Shown piece by piece: positions 9,724-21,919 of a stretch of DNA of 32,000 nucleotides; positions within the stretch are counted from its first letter, which is position 1; every line of letters begins with the position of its first letter. The notes under the pieces were generated by a model, which saw only the letters and a list, made by a program, of their open reading frames with translations, searched no databases and had not been told where the DNA came from. Position numbers and translations under genes: made by a program. Source of the stretch: Synechocystis sp. PCC 6803 substr. PCC-P (GTDB taxonomy: Bacteria > Cyanobacteriota > Cyanobacteriia > Cyanobacteriales > Microcystaceae). The DNA is taken from positions 2,280,001 through 2,312,000 of the forward strand of contig NC_017039.1 of assembly GCF_000284455.1 (NCBI RefSeq). Direction: 5' to 3'.

Positions 9724-10007
9724 TTAAAACTGCATTATCAGTCATGTTTTTCCGGTCCTGGTATCAATCCCGATTTTTTTGATACAGTCCATTTTGCTTA
9801 GCCTTGGGAATGCCTAAGGGACTGCCAAACAGGGCCATTCAATCAAGTTCTCCTACATAAAAGTTAACAAAGCCCCTGTAGCGTTCCGAAACGTTCTACC
9901 CTAGATGCTGATTCACTTTTTTATGATGAACCTTTAAATAAGCCTTGGCCGGGCGGCTTTTTCCCTCGTTTTAAGGCGATCGCAATTTTGTTAATGGGAG
10001 ATAATGA

Positions 10008-12704
<2,697 letters not shown>

Positions 12705-12756
12705 GTTGCGGTTGTTTAAAGCTTAGCTATTCCTGATTGGTTGATTGATTGTTCTG

Positions 12757-12792
12757 AACCTAGCTAGTATTCAACACTGGCTAGGTTTTTTG
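12757..12792 (+). terminator. Intrinsic terminator downstream of apcE
   Basis: The stem pairs AACCTAGC (12757-12764) with GCTAGGTT (12780-12787) around a 15-nt loop, and runs into a T6 tract. Confidence 0.7.
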
Positions 12793-12977
12793 TTGTGGAG
12801 AGGACAATAATTCCTATATTTGGTAGGTTTTTGACTCCAGCCGAAGATGGGAGAAGTGGACAAAACCTGACAAAAATTCTCAGAAGTTAATTTTTAGGGC
12901 AATGCCATTGGCTATGCTGAGAGGAGCGGTCATGCTTATCGATCGCCGGTTTGGTTTTCCCCATTGCCTTATTTTCT

Positions 12978-15167
12978 ATGGCCCACCCGTTGTATGTCGC
13001 TTTTGTTTGGCATCAACACCAGCCTTGCTATCAGTCCTATGGCATGGTGGGCAATGGCCATGGATATTATCAATTACCCTGGGTGCGGTTACATGGCACT
13101 AGGGATTACGGAGGGTTGATTAAGTTATGGGCCCGTTACCCTTCCCTGCATCAGACAGTTAGCTTCACTCCTTGTTTGCTAGCCCAATTGGAGGATTATG
13201 CCCAGGGTTTGGCCATCGATCGCCATTTAGCCCTCACCCTGAGCCCAGTGGAAAAGTTAAGCCTAGAGCAAAAGGTGGAAATTCTGACCACTTTTTTTGA
13301 GGCTAATCCCCGCACACAAATTTTTCCCCAGCATCGGTATCAACAGTTATACGAGCAACGTCAAAGGCAAGGGATAGACTGGTGTATATCCCATTGGCAA
13401 CCCCAGGATTTTAGTGATCTGTTGGCCTGGCATAATCTGATTTGGTTTGATGCCCTCACCATCGCAGAAGATCGAGATGTGCGGGATTGGTATTTTCGGC
13501 AAAAATCCTTTACCCTCGGCGATCGCCAAAGAATTATTAGTAAGCAACGGCAAATTATCCAGGGAATTATTCCCCTCCATCGCCAGCTACAAGAATCTGG
13601 GCAACTGGAAATTATCACTAGTCCCTACGGCCACCCAATTTTGCCCCTTTTAGCGGATACCAACATTGCCCGCACTATACAAGCGGCCCTCGCCCTACCG
13701 GACCCCCGTTTTTGTTGGTCGGAGGACGGAATCAGGCAATTGCAACAGGGTAAGCAATACTATCGGAGCACCTTTGGCCGGGAATCCCGGGGTTTATGGC
13801 CGCCCGGACTGGCAGTTAGTCCTGCCATGTTGCAAACAGTGGCCCAACTCCGTTTTGAATGGTTATGTGCCGATGAATCCGTCCTGGCCCAGAGTTTGAG
13901 TACCAGTGCTGAAAGGTCTGTCTGGTTGAACTCGGTCTATCGAGTGCCCACGGAGGACGGGGAGTTGGCCATGGTGTTTCGGGACCAACAACTGTCGGAT
14001 TTGATCAGTTTTCATTATGGGCGCTATTCCCCAGCCCAGGCAGCCGAGGATTTGATGGCCAGACTTTTAGCCCGCCGCCCCCAGGCGGAAAATGGCCAAC
14101 CGAGATTGGTAACTATTGCTTTGGAGGGGGATCGAACCTGGAATGGCTATGAAAATAATGGCTTTGGCTTTTTGCAACAGTTCTATCAACAGTGTGAACA
14201 ATTGGGTCGCCAAGGCCTACTGCAATTGGTGACAGTGTCCAAGTTTATAGACCAATTTCCCCCTACCCAAGTTCTGGCCCAACAGAATGGCATCCCTATT
14301 CCTCTGATAGGCTCCTGGAATCGGGGCAATTTCAGTAAATGGATCGGTCAACCCAGCCAAAACCAGGCTTGGGATTACTTAATTGACGCCAGGCAAGCCT
14401 TAGCAAGTCATCCTGAAGCCACAGAGGAAAATAATCCTGAAGCTTGGCAGGCTCTCTACGGGGCAGAAAGCTCCGATTGGTTTGAGGCTTTTGGCCAAGG
14501 TCATTCTCCCCAAACCCTCAATTCTGAAGCCCTATTCCGCCAACATTTGATCCGGCTCTACCACGCCCTTAACGAAACTCCGCCCGGTTATTTGCACCAT
14601 CCCTTAATTGATCAAAATGGCGATCGCCCGTTGGGCGGTTATCTCTATCCCCACTGGGATAATTTAACTAATTTGATTCCTTGGCAGGTGGCTAATGGTC
14701 TGGCGGTGCAAGAGGGCAAGGAATTCGTGCAAACAATTTACTATGGCCACGATCGCCAACGGTTGATCCTGCGGTTTGATTTCCAGCGACTGTTGCCGGA
14801 ATTGATCCCAGATGAACTCCATTTAGCTTGGTACTATCCCTATCTGCCCCATGGCCATGCCCCCCTGGCGATCGCCTCTTTGCCAGACCAAGGGCCGTTA
14901 AATTACTATTTCCATCACCACTGCCGCATTAATCTGCACCATCTCCAAAGTCACCACGACATTGCCGTGGGGCCCAACCGTTGGCAACCCCATCCCCAAC
15001 GGCCCCAATTAGTCCATCAAGGACAAACCCTAGTGATGGTAATTCCCATGGCCGCTTTGACCACACCTAGGCCAGAGAGCCTCGACTTATTATTGTTGCT
15101 AGCCCAGCAAGGGGAATTTTGGGCTAATTTATCCGGGGACAATCTGGTGCAATGGCGTTTGCATTAG
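12978..15167 (+). CDS. Glycoside hydrolase family 57 protein with a long C-terminal extension
   Basis: The GH57 region-I signature is at the N-terminus (YVAFVWHQHQPCY ... HGTRDY), followed by SPYGHPILPLL. The start is set at the ATG at 12978 rather than the TTG at 12951. Confidence 0.75.
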   Translation: MAHPLYVAFVWHQHQPCYQSYGMVGNGHGYYQLPWVRLHGTRDYGGLIKLWARYPSLHQTVSFTPCLLAQLEDYAQGLAIDRHLALTLSPVEKLSLEQKVEILTTFFEANPRTQIFPQHRYQQLYEQRQRQGIDWCISHWQPQDFSDLLAWHNLIWFDALTIAEDRDVRDWYFRQKSFTLGDRQRIISKQRQIIQGIIPLHRQLQESGQLEIITSPYGHPILPLLADTNIARTIQAALALPDPRFCWSEDGIRQLQQGKQYYRSTFGRESRGLWPPGLAVSPAMLQTVAQLRFEWLCADESVLAQSLSTSAERSVWLNSVYRVPTEDGELAMVFRDQQLSDLISFHYGRYSPAQAAEDLMARLLARRPQAENGQPRLVTIALEGDRTWNGYENNGFGFLQQFYQQCEQLGRQGLLQLVTVSKFIDQFPPTQVLAQQNGIPIPLIGSWNRGNFSKWIGQPSQNQAWDYLIDARQALASHPEATEENNPEAWQALYGAESSDWFEAFGQGHSPQTLNSEALFRQHLIRLYHALNETPPGYLHHPLIDQNGDRPLGGYLYPHWDNLTNLIPWQVANGLAVQEGKEFVQTIYYGHDRQRLILRFDFQRLLPELIPDELHLAWYYPYLPHGHAPLAIASLPDQGPLNYYFHHHCRINLHHLQSHHDIAVGPNRWQPHPQRPQLVHQGQTLVMVIPMAALTTPRPESLDLLLLLAQQGEFWANLSGDNLVQWRLH

Positions 15168-15193
15168 CTGATTTTTGCTGACCACCATCACAT

Positions 15194-16396
15194 CTAAACC
15201 ACCGTATTCCTTTTCCTGGCTTCCTTATAGGAAGTGCCAATGCTCCTCAGCCCCGTCCTGACCAATTGTTGTTCCAACAGGGCAAAAAAACGACGGCGAT
15301 CGCCGCCCCGCACCACGGCCTGATTATGGGCTTCCGCTAGGGCCACGGGATAACCAAAACCCTTTTCTATCTGACTAAGGACAATGGCTAAGGATTGATC
15401 AAGCAACTCCGAATCCTCCGCTAGCCAAACGGGAAATTCCACCCTCGCTACCTCCGAACTGCCTTGGACATAGCAAAAACAAACCCGTTGTTCTGGGGCA
15501 TAGGCTTCCAAAATGCGGGCATTACTATGCCAAATCGGCCCCCGTTGTCCAGGGGATAGAAACTCCTTCCACAGATTGCTATCCCGCAGCGGGTCAAAAA
15601 TTTGACAGGGGGTTTTCCGTTCCTCCGCCTGACAACCTTCGCAATGGCTGACGCAATTGGGGCTTTCGTGGGGACAAGCCTGGAGCCGCAAAAGATTAAT
15701 CGATTCCACACTCCTGGGGGCACTGATGTAACTCATCAGGGGAATGCGGGCCTGACGTAGCGTTTCCCAGGCGGCCAAAATCGGTTCCAGAATTTGGTTC
15801 CTTGCTTCCTGGGGTAAATTTTCCAAAAACCAATAAATTAGCGAACCATCCACCATGGCTAAGTTAGGGTCGCTGTGGGGCCCTGGGGGGCTAACCCAAC
15901 GACAGGCTAGGGCGGCTAACCTTTCCGCTTCCAACACAGTGCGGCGATGACCCAACCATTCCTCGGTGCGAATACCCCAACGGCGGGAAGCGTATAAATC
16001 TTCAGGACGGTAATAAACCTCCGGCACACTGTCCAACAGAGGATGTAAATTTTGCCCATAGTGGAGCATCACCCGGCCAATGTTGAGCAGGTAACAGTAA
16101 GCGATTTCATGGTGGGAGGGCGCAATTTGGGAACCGTCCGTGGCAAACACACTGTGGTTAACCGGAGCCTCCCCAATGTTGACCCTTGTATCCAATGGTT
16201 CCAGAGGCCTAGCCACTGCAAAAAAGAGGCGATCGCCCCATTCTGTCAGGGTGTTGAGCAAATAGGATTGACGCTGTTGAGCTTGGAAAAATAATTCCTT
16301 AGCCCTTTCTAGCCGTTGATGGCCAGCAGTGGCTTCCTGACGGAAATGTTGCCCCAGGGCCGGCATTTGGCCAGCTAACTTGGTGATATCAAGCAT
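15194..16396 (-). CDS. NurA-domain-like nuclease (putative)
   Basis: Two DGS motifs sit in beta-strand-like contexts (VFATDGSQIAP and LAMVDGSLIYW), as in NurA 5'-3' nucleases. A Cys-rich segment CPHESPNCVSHCEGCQAEERKTPC is also present. The assignment is from memory of the family, not from an alignment. Confidence 0.45.
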   Translation of the reverse strand: MLDITKLAGQMPALGQHFRQEATAGHQRLERAKELFFQAQQRQSYLLNTLTEWGDRLFFAVARPLEPLDTRVNIGEAPVNHSVFATDGSQIAPSHHEIAYCYLLNIGRVMLHYGQNLHPLLDSVPEVYYRPEDLYASRRWGIRTEEWLGHRRTVLEAERLAALACRWVSPPGPHSDPNLAMVDGSLIYWFLENLPQEARNQILEPILAAWETLRQARIPLMSYISAPRSVESINLLRLQACPHESPNCVSHCEGCQAEERKTPCQIFDPLRDSNLWKEFLSPGQRGPIWHSNARILEAYAPEQRVCFCYVQGSSEVARVEFPVWLAEDSELLDQSLAIVLSQIEKGFGYPVALAEAHNQAVVRGGDRRRFFALLEQQLVRTGLRSIGTSYKEARKRNTVV

Positions 16397-16431
16397 AGAG
16401 GAGGCAAAATTAGGATCTATGGGGTCTAGAT

Positions 16432-16944
16432 TTAGTAGAAGAAAATTGCTCCCGTGGGTTGCAAGTTAATGGAGCGGTGGCCGTAAAAACGTTCCTCTAT
16501 ATTGACATCACCTTTGGTTACAGTGATCACTGCCACATTATCAGCCCCTACCATTTGGGTGCGGGCATCGACGGGAACAGTAAATTTAAGCAAAAAGGAT
16601 TGTTCTGGAGTGCTGGGGGTGGCATTTTCGGGATAGACCATGATGTAGGCATTATCGCCAAAGTTTTCGAGCAGAACTGTTTCCCCTGGGGCTACCGAAG
16701 CCGGGGGGAATGATTCCAAGTTAGAAATGTCATAGTCCAAAGCCACATCTGTTTTATTAACCAACTTAACCTTGACCGGCTTTTTGGGGTCAAATCTACC
16801 GACGGGCTGCCAAAAGCCCGGCTGATAGGTGGTGGCAGGGGGATCCTGGGCTTCGGCTATGGTGGCGTAAAGGGCTGGAGTTAGACCAACAAAGGCCGTG
16901 GTCAGTAAAGAAAGGGAAGCGGTCAGAGGACGAATATTCGGCAT
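16432..16944 (-). CDS. Exported protein of unknown function
   Basis: The N-terminus MPNIRPLTASLSLLTTAFVGLTPALYATIAEAQ looks like a signal peptide. The mature part is rich in beta-strand-type sequence, and I recognise no family. Its stop lies 35 bp upstream of the NurA-like gene on the same strand. Confidence 0.5.
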   Translation of the reverse strand: MPNIRPLTASLSLLTTAFVGLTPALYATIAEAQDPPATTYQPGFWQPVGRFDPKKPVKVKLVNKTDVALDYDISNLESFPPASVAPGETVLLENFGDNAYIMVYPENATPSTPEQSFLLKFTVPVDARTQMVGADNVAVITVTKGDVNIEERFYGHRSINLQPTGAIFFY

Positions 16945-17196
16945 AGATAAATTCCTTGATGTAAGTTTGGTAAAGTTTTTCGATCAAATCACCAAAATCA
17001 GTTCCAGCACAATTATTGGGGTCAGTTTTAACCCCGGTCCAGAAAATCGGCGATAATCTCCCCTGGGTCGGTTTTTGACTGGGGAAAGAAGAGAAACACG
17101 GCCTGTGCTAGTATCTAAGGCATGAATTTTCGTGAAGTTAATTATAACAGTCAGTATTTTGCGGCTGGCTAGGTGTTTAGGAGTGGCAACAGCATC

Positions 17197-18267
17197 ATGA
17201 CGAGCCATCAGCTCAACGGGCAACGGAGTTACCTTCAGCCGATCCGCATCGGGGTGATTGGGGTGGGCAATATGGGACAGCACCATACCAGAGTCCTGAG
17301 CCTGATGAAGGATGTGGAGTTTGTGGGTATTGCCGATGTCAATGTGGAACGGGGCCTAGACACCGCCAGTAAGTATCGGGTGCATTTTTTTGAAGATTAT
17401 CAGGAGATGTTGCCCCATGTGGATGCGGTTTGTGTGGCGGTTCCCACTAGGCTCCATCACGATGTGGGCATGAATTGTTTGCAAAATAATGTCCATACTC
17501 TGATTGAAAAACCCATTGCCGCTAGCATTGCTGAAGCGGAATCCCTGGTTAATGCCGCCGCCGATGCCAATTGCATTCTCCAAGTGGGGCACATTGAACG
17601 CTTCAACCCGGCATTTTTAGAGCTAACCAAAATTCTCAAAACGGAAGAGTTATTGGCGATCGAAGCCCATCGCATGAGTCCCTATTCCCAGCGGGCCAAT
17701 GATGTCTCCGTGGTATTGGATTTGATGATCCATGACATTGACCTGTTGCTGGAATTGGTGGGTTCGGAAGTGGTTAAACTGTCCGCCAGTGGCAGTCGGG
17801 CTTCTGGGTCAGGATATTTGGATTATGTCACCGCTACGTTAGGCTTCTCCTCCGGCATTGTGGCCACCCTCACCGCCAGTAAGGTCACCCATCGTAAAAT
17901 TCGTTCCATCGCCGCCCACTGCAAAAATTCCCTCACCGAAGCGGATTTTCTCAATAACGAAATTTTGATCCATCGCCAAACCACCGCTGATTGGAGCGCG
18001 GACTATGGCCAGGTATTGTATCGCCAGGATGGTCTAATCGAAAAGGTTTACACCAGTAATATTGAACCTCTCCACGCTGAATTAGAACATTTTATTCATT
18101 GTGTTAGGGGAGGTGATCAACCCTCAGTGGGGGGAGAACAGGCCCTCAAGGCCCTGAAGTTAGCCAGTTTAATTGAAGAAATGGCCCTGGACAGTCAGGA
18201 ATGGCATGGGGGGGAAGTTGTGACAGAATATCAAGATGCCACCCTGGCCCTCAGTGCGAGTGTTTAA
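17197..18267 (+). CDS. Gfo/Idh/MocA-family NAD(P)-dependent oxidoreductase
   Basis: It has an N-terminal Rossmann motif (IRIGVIGVGNMGQHH), the EKP motif (LIEKPIA) and the GHIERFNP segment typical of the family. The ATG at 17197 is preferred over the GTG at 17173. Confidence 0.8.
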   Translation: MTSHQLNGQRSYLQPIRIGVIGVGNMGQHHTRVLSLMKDVEFVGIADVNVERGLDTASKYRVHFFEDYQEMLPHVDAVCVAVPTRLHHDVGMNCLQNNVHTLIEKPIAASIAEAESLVNAAADANCILQVGHIERFNPAFLELTKILKTEELLAIEAHRMSPYSQRANDVSVVLDLMIHDIDLLLELVGSEVVKLSASGSRASGSGYLDYVTATLGFSSGIVATLTASKVTHRKIRSIAAHCKNSLTEADFLNNEILIHRQTTADWSADYGQVLYRQDGLIEKVYTSNIEPLHAELEHFIHCVRGGDQPSVGGEQALKALKLASLIEEMALDSQEWHGGEVVTEYQDATLALSASV

Positions 18268-18340
18268 ATCAACTTAATTAATGCAATTATTGCGAGTTCA
18301 AACTCGATAACTTTGTGAAATATTACTGTTGAATTAATCT

Positions 18341-20272
18341 ATGACTATTCAATACACCCCCCTAGCCGATCGCCTGTTGGCCTACCTCGCCGCCGATCGC
18401 CTAAATCTCAGCGCCAAGAGTAGTTCCCTCAACACCAGTATTCTGCTCAGCAGTGACCTATTCAATCAGGAAGGGGGAATTGTAACAGCCAACTATGGCT
18501 TTGATGGTTATATGGGAATTCCCGGTATGGATGGCACCGATGCGGAATCCCAACAGATTGCCTTTGACAACAATGTGGCCTGGAATAACCTGGGGGATTT
18601 GTCCACCACCACCCAACGGGCCTACACTTCGGCTATTAGCACAGACACAGTGCAGAGTGTTTATGGCGTTAATCTGGAAAAAAACGATAACATTCCCATT
18701 GTTTTTGCGTGGCCCATTTTTCCCACCACCCTTAATCCCACAGATTTTCAGGTAATGCTTAACACGGGGGAAATTGTCACCCCGGTGATCGCCTCTTTGA
18801 TTCCCAACAGTGAATACAACGAACGGCAAACGGTAGTAATTACGGGCAATTTTGGTAATCGTTTAACCCCAGGCACGGAGGGAGCGATTTATCCCGTTTC
18901 CGTAGGCACAGTGTTGGACAGTACTCCTTTGGAAATGGTGGGACCCAACGGCCCGGTCAGTGCGGTGGGTATTACCATTGATAGTCTCAACCCCTACGTG
19001 GCCGGCAATGGTCCCAAAATTGTCGCCGCTAAGTTAGACCGCTTCAGTGACCTGGGGGAAGGGGCTCCCCTCTGGTTAGCCACCAATCAAAATAACAGTG
19101 GCGGGGATTTATATGGAGACCAAGCCCAATTTCGTTTGCGAATTTACACCAGCGCCGGTTTTTCCCCCGATGGCATTGCCAGTTTACTACCCACAGAATT
19201 TGAACGGTATTTTCAACTCCAAGCGGAAGATATTACGGGACGGACAGTTATCCTAACCCAAACTGGTGTTGATTATGAAATTCCCGGCTTTGGTCTGGTG
19301 CAGGTGTTGGGGCTGGCGGATTTGGCCGGGGTTCAGGACAGCTATGACCTGACTTACATCGAAGATCATGACAACTATTACGACATTATCCTCAAAGGGG
19401 ACGAAGCCGCAGTTCGCCAAATTAAGAGGGTTGCTTTGCCCTCCGAAGGGGATTATTCGGCGGTTTATAATCCCGGTGGCCCCGGCAATGATCCAGAGAA
19501 TGGTCCCCCAGGGCCCTTTACTGTGTCCAGTAGTCCCCAGGTAATTGAGGTAACGGATACCATCGGCCAGCCCACCAAAGTCTCCTATGTGGAAGTGGAT
19601 GGCCCCGTATTGCGTAATCCCTTCAGTGGTACTCCCATTGGGCAAGAGGTGGGTTTAGCGGTTAAAGATCTGGCCACAGGTCATGAAATTTATCAGTACA
19701 CTGACCCAGATGGGAAGGTATTTTATGCTTCCTTTGCTGCCGCTGATGACCAAGCCACGGATTTAACCACGGCGATCGCCAATCCCACGGCCATCGATTT
19801 AATTAACGCCAGGGGATTTACGGCGGGTAGTTCCGTCACCGTATCGGGTTCCTACAGTCGGGAAGCCTTTTTTGATGGATCCATGGGTTTTTATCGACTT
19901 CTGGACGATAACGGTGCAGTGCTAGATCCCTTAACAGGTGGTGTAATCAACCCAGGACAGGTAGGTTATCAAGAAGCAGCTTTGGCAGATAGCAATCGTT
20001 TGCAAGCCACTGGCTCCACCCTAACGGCAGAAGACCTAGAAACCAGAGCATTTTCCTTCAATATTTTGGGTGGCGAGTTGTATGCGCCATTTTTAACGGT
20101 TAATGACAGTCTTTCCGGTATTAATCAGACTTATTTTGCCTTTGGGTCGGCCAACCCAGATGGCATCAGCCACAGCACAAACTTGGGACCCAACGTGATT
20201 GGTTTTGAAGATTTTCTCGGCGGAGGAGACCTAGATTTCGACGACATCATTGTCAGATTTACGCTGACTTAG
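18341..20272 (+). CDS. Large protein of unknown function with a C-terminal DUF4114-like domain
   Basis: The C-terminus YFAFGSANPDGISHSTNLGPNVIGFEDFLGGGDLDFDDIIVRFTL matches the DUF4114 signature. The rest is Gly/Thr/Asn/Pro-rich and looks like an extracellular protein. It may be the gene used as the slr0168 neutral integration site, from memory. Confidence 0.6.
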   Translation: MTIQYTPLADRLLAYLAADRLNLSAKSSSLNTSILLSSDLFNQEGGIVTANYGFDGYMGIPGMDGTDAESQQIAFDNNVAWNNLGDLSTTTQRAYTSAISTDTVQSVYGVNLEKNDNIPIVFAWPIFPTTLNPTDFQVMLNTGEIVTPVIASLIPNSEYNERQTVVITGNFGNRLTPGTEGAIYPVSVGTVLDSTPLEMVGPNGPVSAVGITIDSLNPYVAGNGPKIVAAKLDRFSDLGEGAPLWLATNQNNSGGDLYGDQAQFRLRIYTSAGFSPDGIASLLPTEFERYFQLQAEDITGRTVILTQTGVDYEIPGFGLVQVLGLADLAGVQDSYDLTYIEDHDNYYDIILKGDEAAVRQIKRVALPSEGDYSAVYNPGGPGNDPENGPPGPFTVSSSPQVIEVTDTIGQPTKVSYVEVDGPVLRNPFSGTPIGQEVGLAVKDLATGHEIYQYTDPDGKVFYASFAAADDQATDLTTAIANPTAIDLINARGFTAGSSVTVSGSYSREAFFDGSMGFYRLLDDNGAVLDPLTGGVINPGQVGYQEAALADSNRLQATGSTLTAEDLETRAFSFNILGGELYAPFLTVNDSLSGINQTYFAFGSANPDGISHSTNLGPNVIGFEDFLGGGDLDFDDIIVRFTLT

Positions 20273-20463
20273 CTCAGGGGCATTATCGGAGCAAGCCGAT
20301 ATTCAGGTAAGATGGGGCGGTGCTTTTGTGGGTTGATCCATTAGCTTTAACCCCATTGTCTCCACTGACGGTAATAGTTTTCCCCACTGCGATTAATTGT
20401 TTTGTTTGGAGGAGGGACTGCCCCACCGTCAGCCCGCCGCCATAGTTTTGCATTTCCACTGCC

Positions 20464-21105
20464 ATGGGCATCGAACTCCGTAGTTACGTTTACCTGGATA
20501 GTCTCCAGTCCCAACATGCAGCCTACATTGGGACGGTGGCCTCCGGCTTTTTGCCGCTACCGGGGGATTGTTCCCTCTGGGTGGAAGTTTCCCCAGGCAT
20601 TGAAATTAACCGCATTACCGATATTGCTCTTAAGGCAGCGGTGGTGCGGCCGGGGGTATTATTTGTGGAACGGCTCTACGGTTTGTTGGAAATCCATGCC
20701 AGTAATCAGGGGGAAGTGCGGGCGGCAGGGCAAGCGATTTTGGCATATATCGGTGCCAAAGCCAGTGACTGCATCAAGCCCAAGGTGGTGTCTAGTCAAA
20801 TTATTCGCAACATCGATGCCTATCAAACCCAGTTAATTAACCGTAATCGGCGGGGCCATATGCTGTTGGCGGGGCAAACCCTGTTTGTATTGGAAGTGCA
20901 ACCGGCGGCCTATGCTTCCCTGGCGGCCAATGAGGCGGAAAAGTCTGCCTCTATCAATATTTTGCAGGTTAGTTCCATCGGTAGTTTTGGTCGACTTTAC
21001 CTGGGAGGGGAAGAAAGGGATATTAAGGCGGGGGCGCGGGCAGCCATTGCGGCGATCGAGAATGCCCCAGGCAAAGTGCCCACCCTGGAAGGTAAAAATG
21101 AATAA
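20464..21105 (+). CDS. ccmP: Tandem-BMC-domain carboxysome shell protein CcmP
   Basis: The 213-aa product begins [35 protein letters not shown] and contains [17 protein letters not shown] and [19 protein letters not shown]. It closely resembles my memory of Synechococcus CcmP. Confidence 0.85.
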
Positions 21106-21332
21106 TGGAGGCTCGTCACAATACATTTCACCGTAGGCTGCTTCTCTATCCCTCTCGATCGCCGAAGAAACGTTAACAACCTAGGCCAGAGCATTTTCCT
21201 AGTGAGATGGAAGCGTAACCACGTACAATGGGCTTCTGGGGTTAGCGATCGCCAAAGATGTTGGCCGTCGGGGCCGTTGCCTATTTTGTCGCCCGTTAAT
21301 TCTTTCACCGAAGTATTAAGTTCACTGTTCCC

Positions 21333-21860
21333 ATGACTGAGTCTCTACCCATTGTTTATCTTTCCGTCTTATTGATTATTTTGGGGGGACTGGGCATATT
21401 TGTCTTCAGTCAGGTGTTAAAGGCCCGTCGCCTAGAAAATACCTTTAGCAAACTACAAAAGAAGCTACAAAACACCAAAGGTACCGCCCAGGAATATTAT
21501 CAATTGGGTAGCATTTATTTAGACAAAAAATTATATTCCCAATCGATTAATTTATTTCAAAAAGCCCTCAAAATGGCCGAGCAAGTGGAGCCAGAAAACC
21601 AAGCTTTGATTTACAATGCTATGGGCTATGCCTGTTTCGCTCAGGAGCAATTTGATCTGGCCATTCGCCATTACAAAGATGCCTTGAAACTATACCCAGA
21701 TTATGTCATTGCTTTAAATAACTTAGCCAATGTTTATGAAAAAAAACAAATGGTTAACAAGGCGTTGGAAACCTACCAAGAAACTTTAGCAATAGAACCC
21801 AACAATAAAGTAGCTCAACGGCGGGCCAATTCCTTGAAAAAACGGCTTGTCGAGACTTAG
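21333..21860 (+). CDS. ycf37: TPR-repeat photosystem I assembly/stability protein Ycf37
   Basis: The 175-aa product has one N-terminal transmembrane helix (IVYLSVLLIILGGLGIFVF) followed by three TPR-like repeats (YYQLGSIYL..., IYNAMGYACF..., ALNNLANVYE...). It lies next to ccmP, consistent with slr0171. Confidence 0.75.
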   Translation: MTESLPIVYLSVLLIILGGLGIFVFSQVLKARRLENTFSKLQKKLQNTKGTAQEYYQLGSIYLDKKLYSQSINLFQKALKMAEQVEPENQALIYNAMGYACFAQEQFDLAIRHYKDALKLYPDYVIALNNLANVYEKKQMVNKALETYQETLAIEPNNKVAQRRANSLKKRLVET

Positions 21861-21919
21861 AATAGATTGGGTATAACAAAAAAAAGTTAGGTCAAAGTTC
21901 CAAATTCAGCATAGGTTTT

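Noticed and set aside
12902-13102. A 66-aa plus-strand ORF overlapping the start of the GH57 gene, and the TTG-extended GH57 start at 12951.
   Set aside because: It is out of frame with, and mostly inside, the GH57 CDS. The ATG at 12978 gives the family-typical N-terminus immediately before the HQHQP motif.
16984-17286. A 100-aa minus-strand ORF spanning the spacer and the 5' end of the oxidoreductase gene.
   Set aside because: It overlaps the well-supported Rossmann-fold N-terminus on the opposite strand. Its composition is odd (His/Pro/Arg/Leu-rich) with no motif.
20283-20471. A 62-aa minus-strand ORF filling the spacer between the DUF4114 gene and ccmP. Its ATG overlaps the ccmP ATG divergently by 8 nt.
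   Set aside because: Its upstream region lies inside ccmP coding sequence, so no ribosome-binding site or promoter context is available. I recognise no family. It is more likely chance openness in a promoter region, and Ribo-seq would be needed to revive it.
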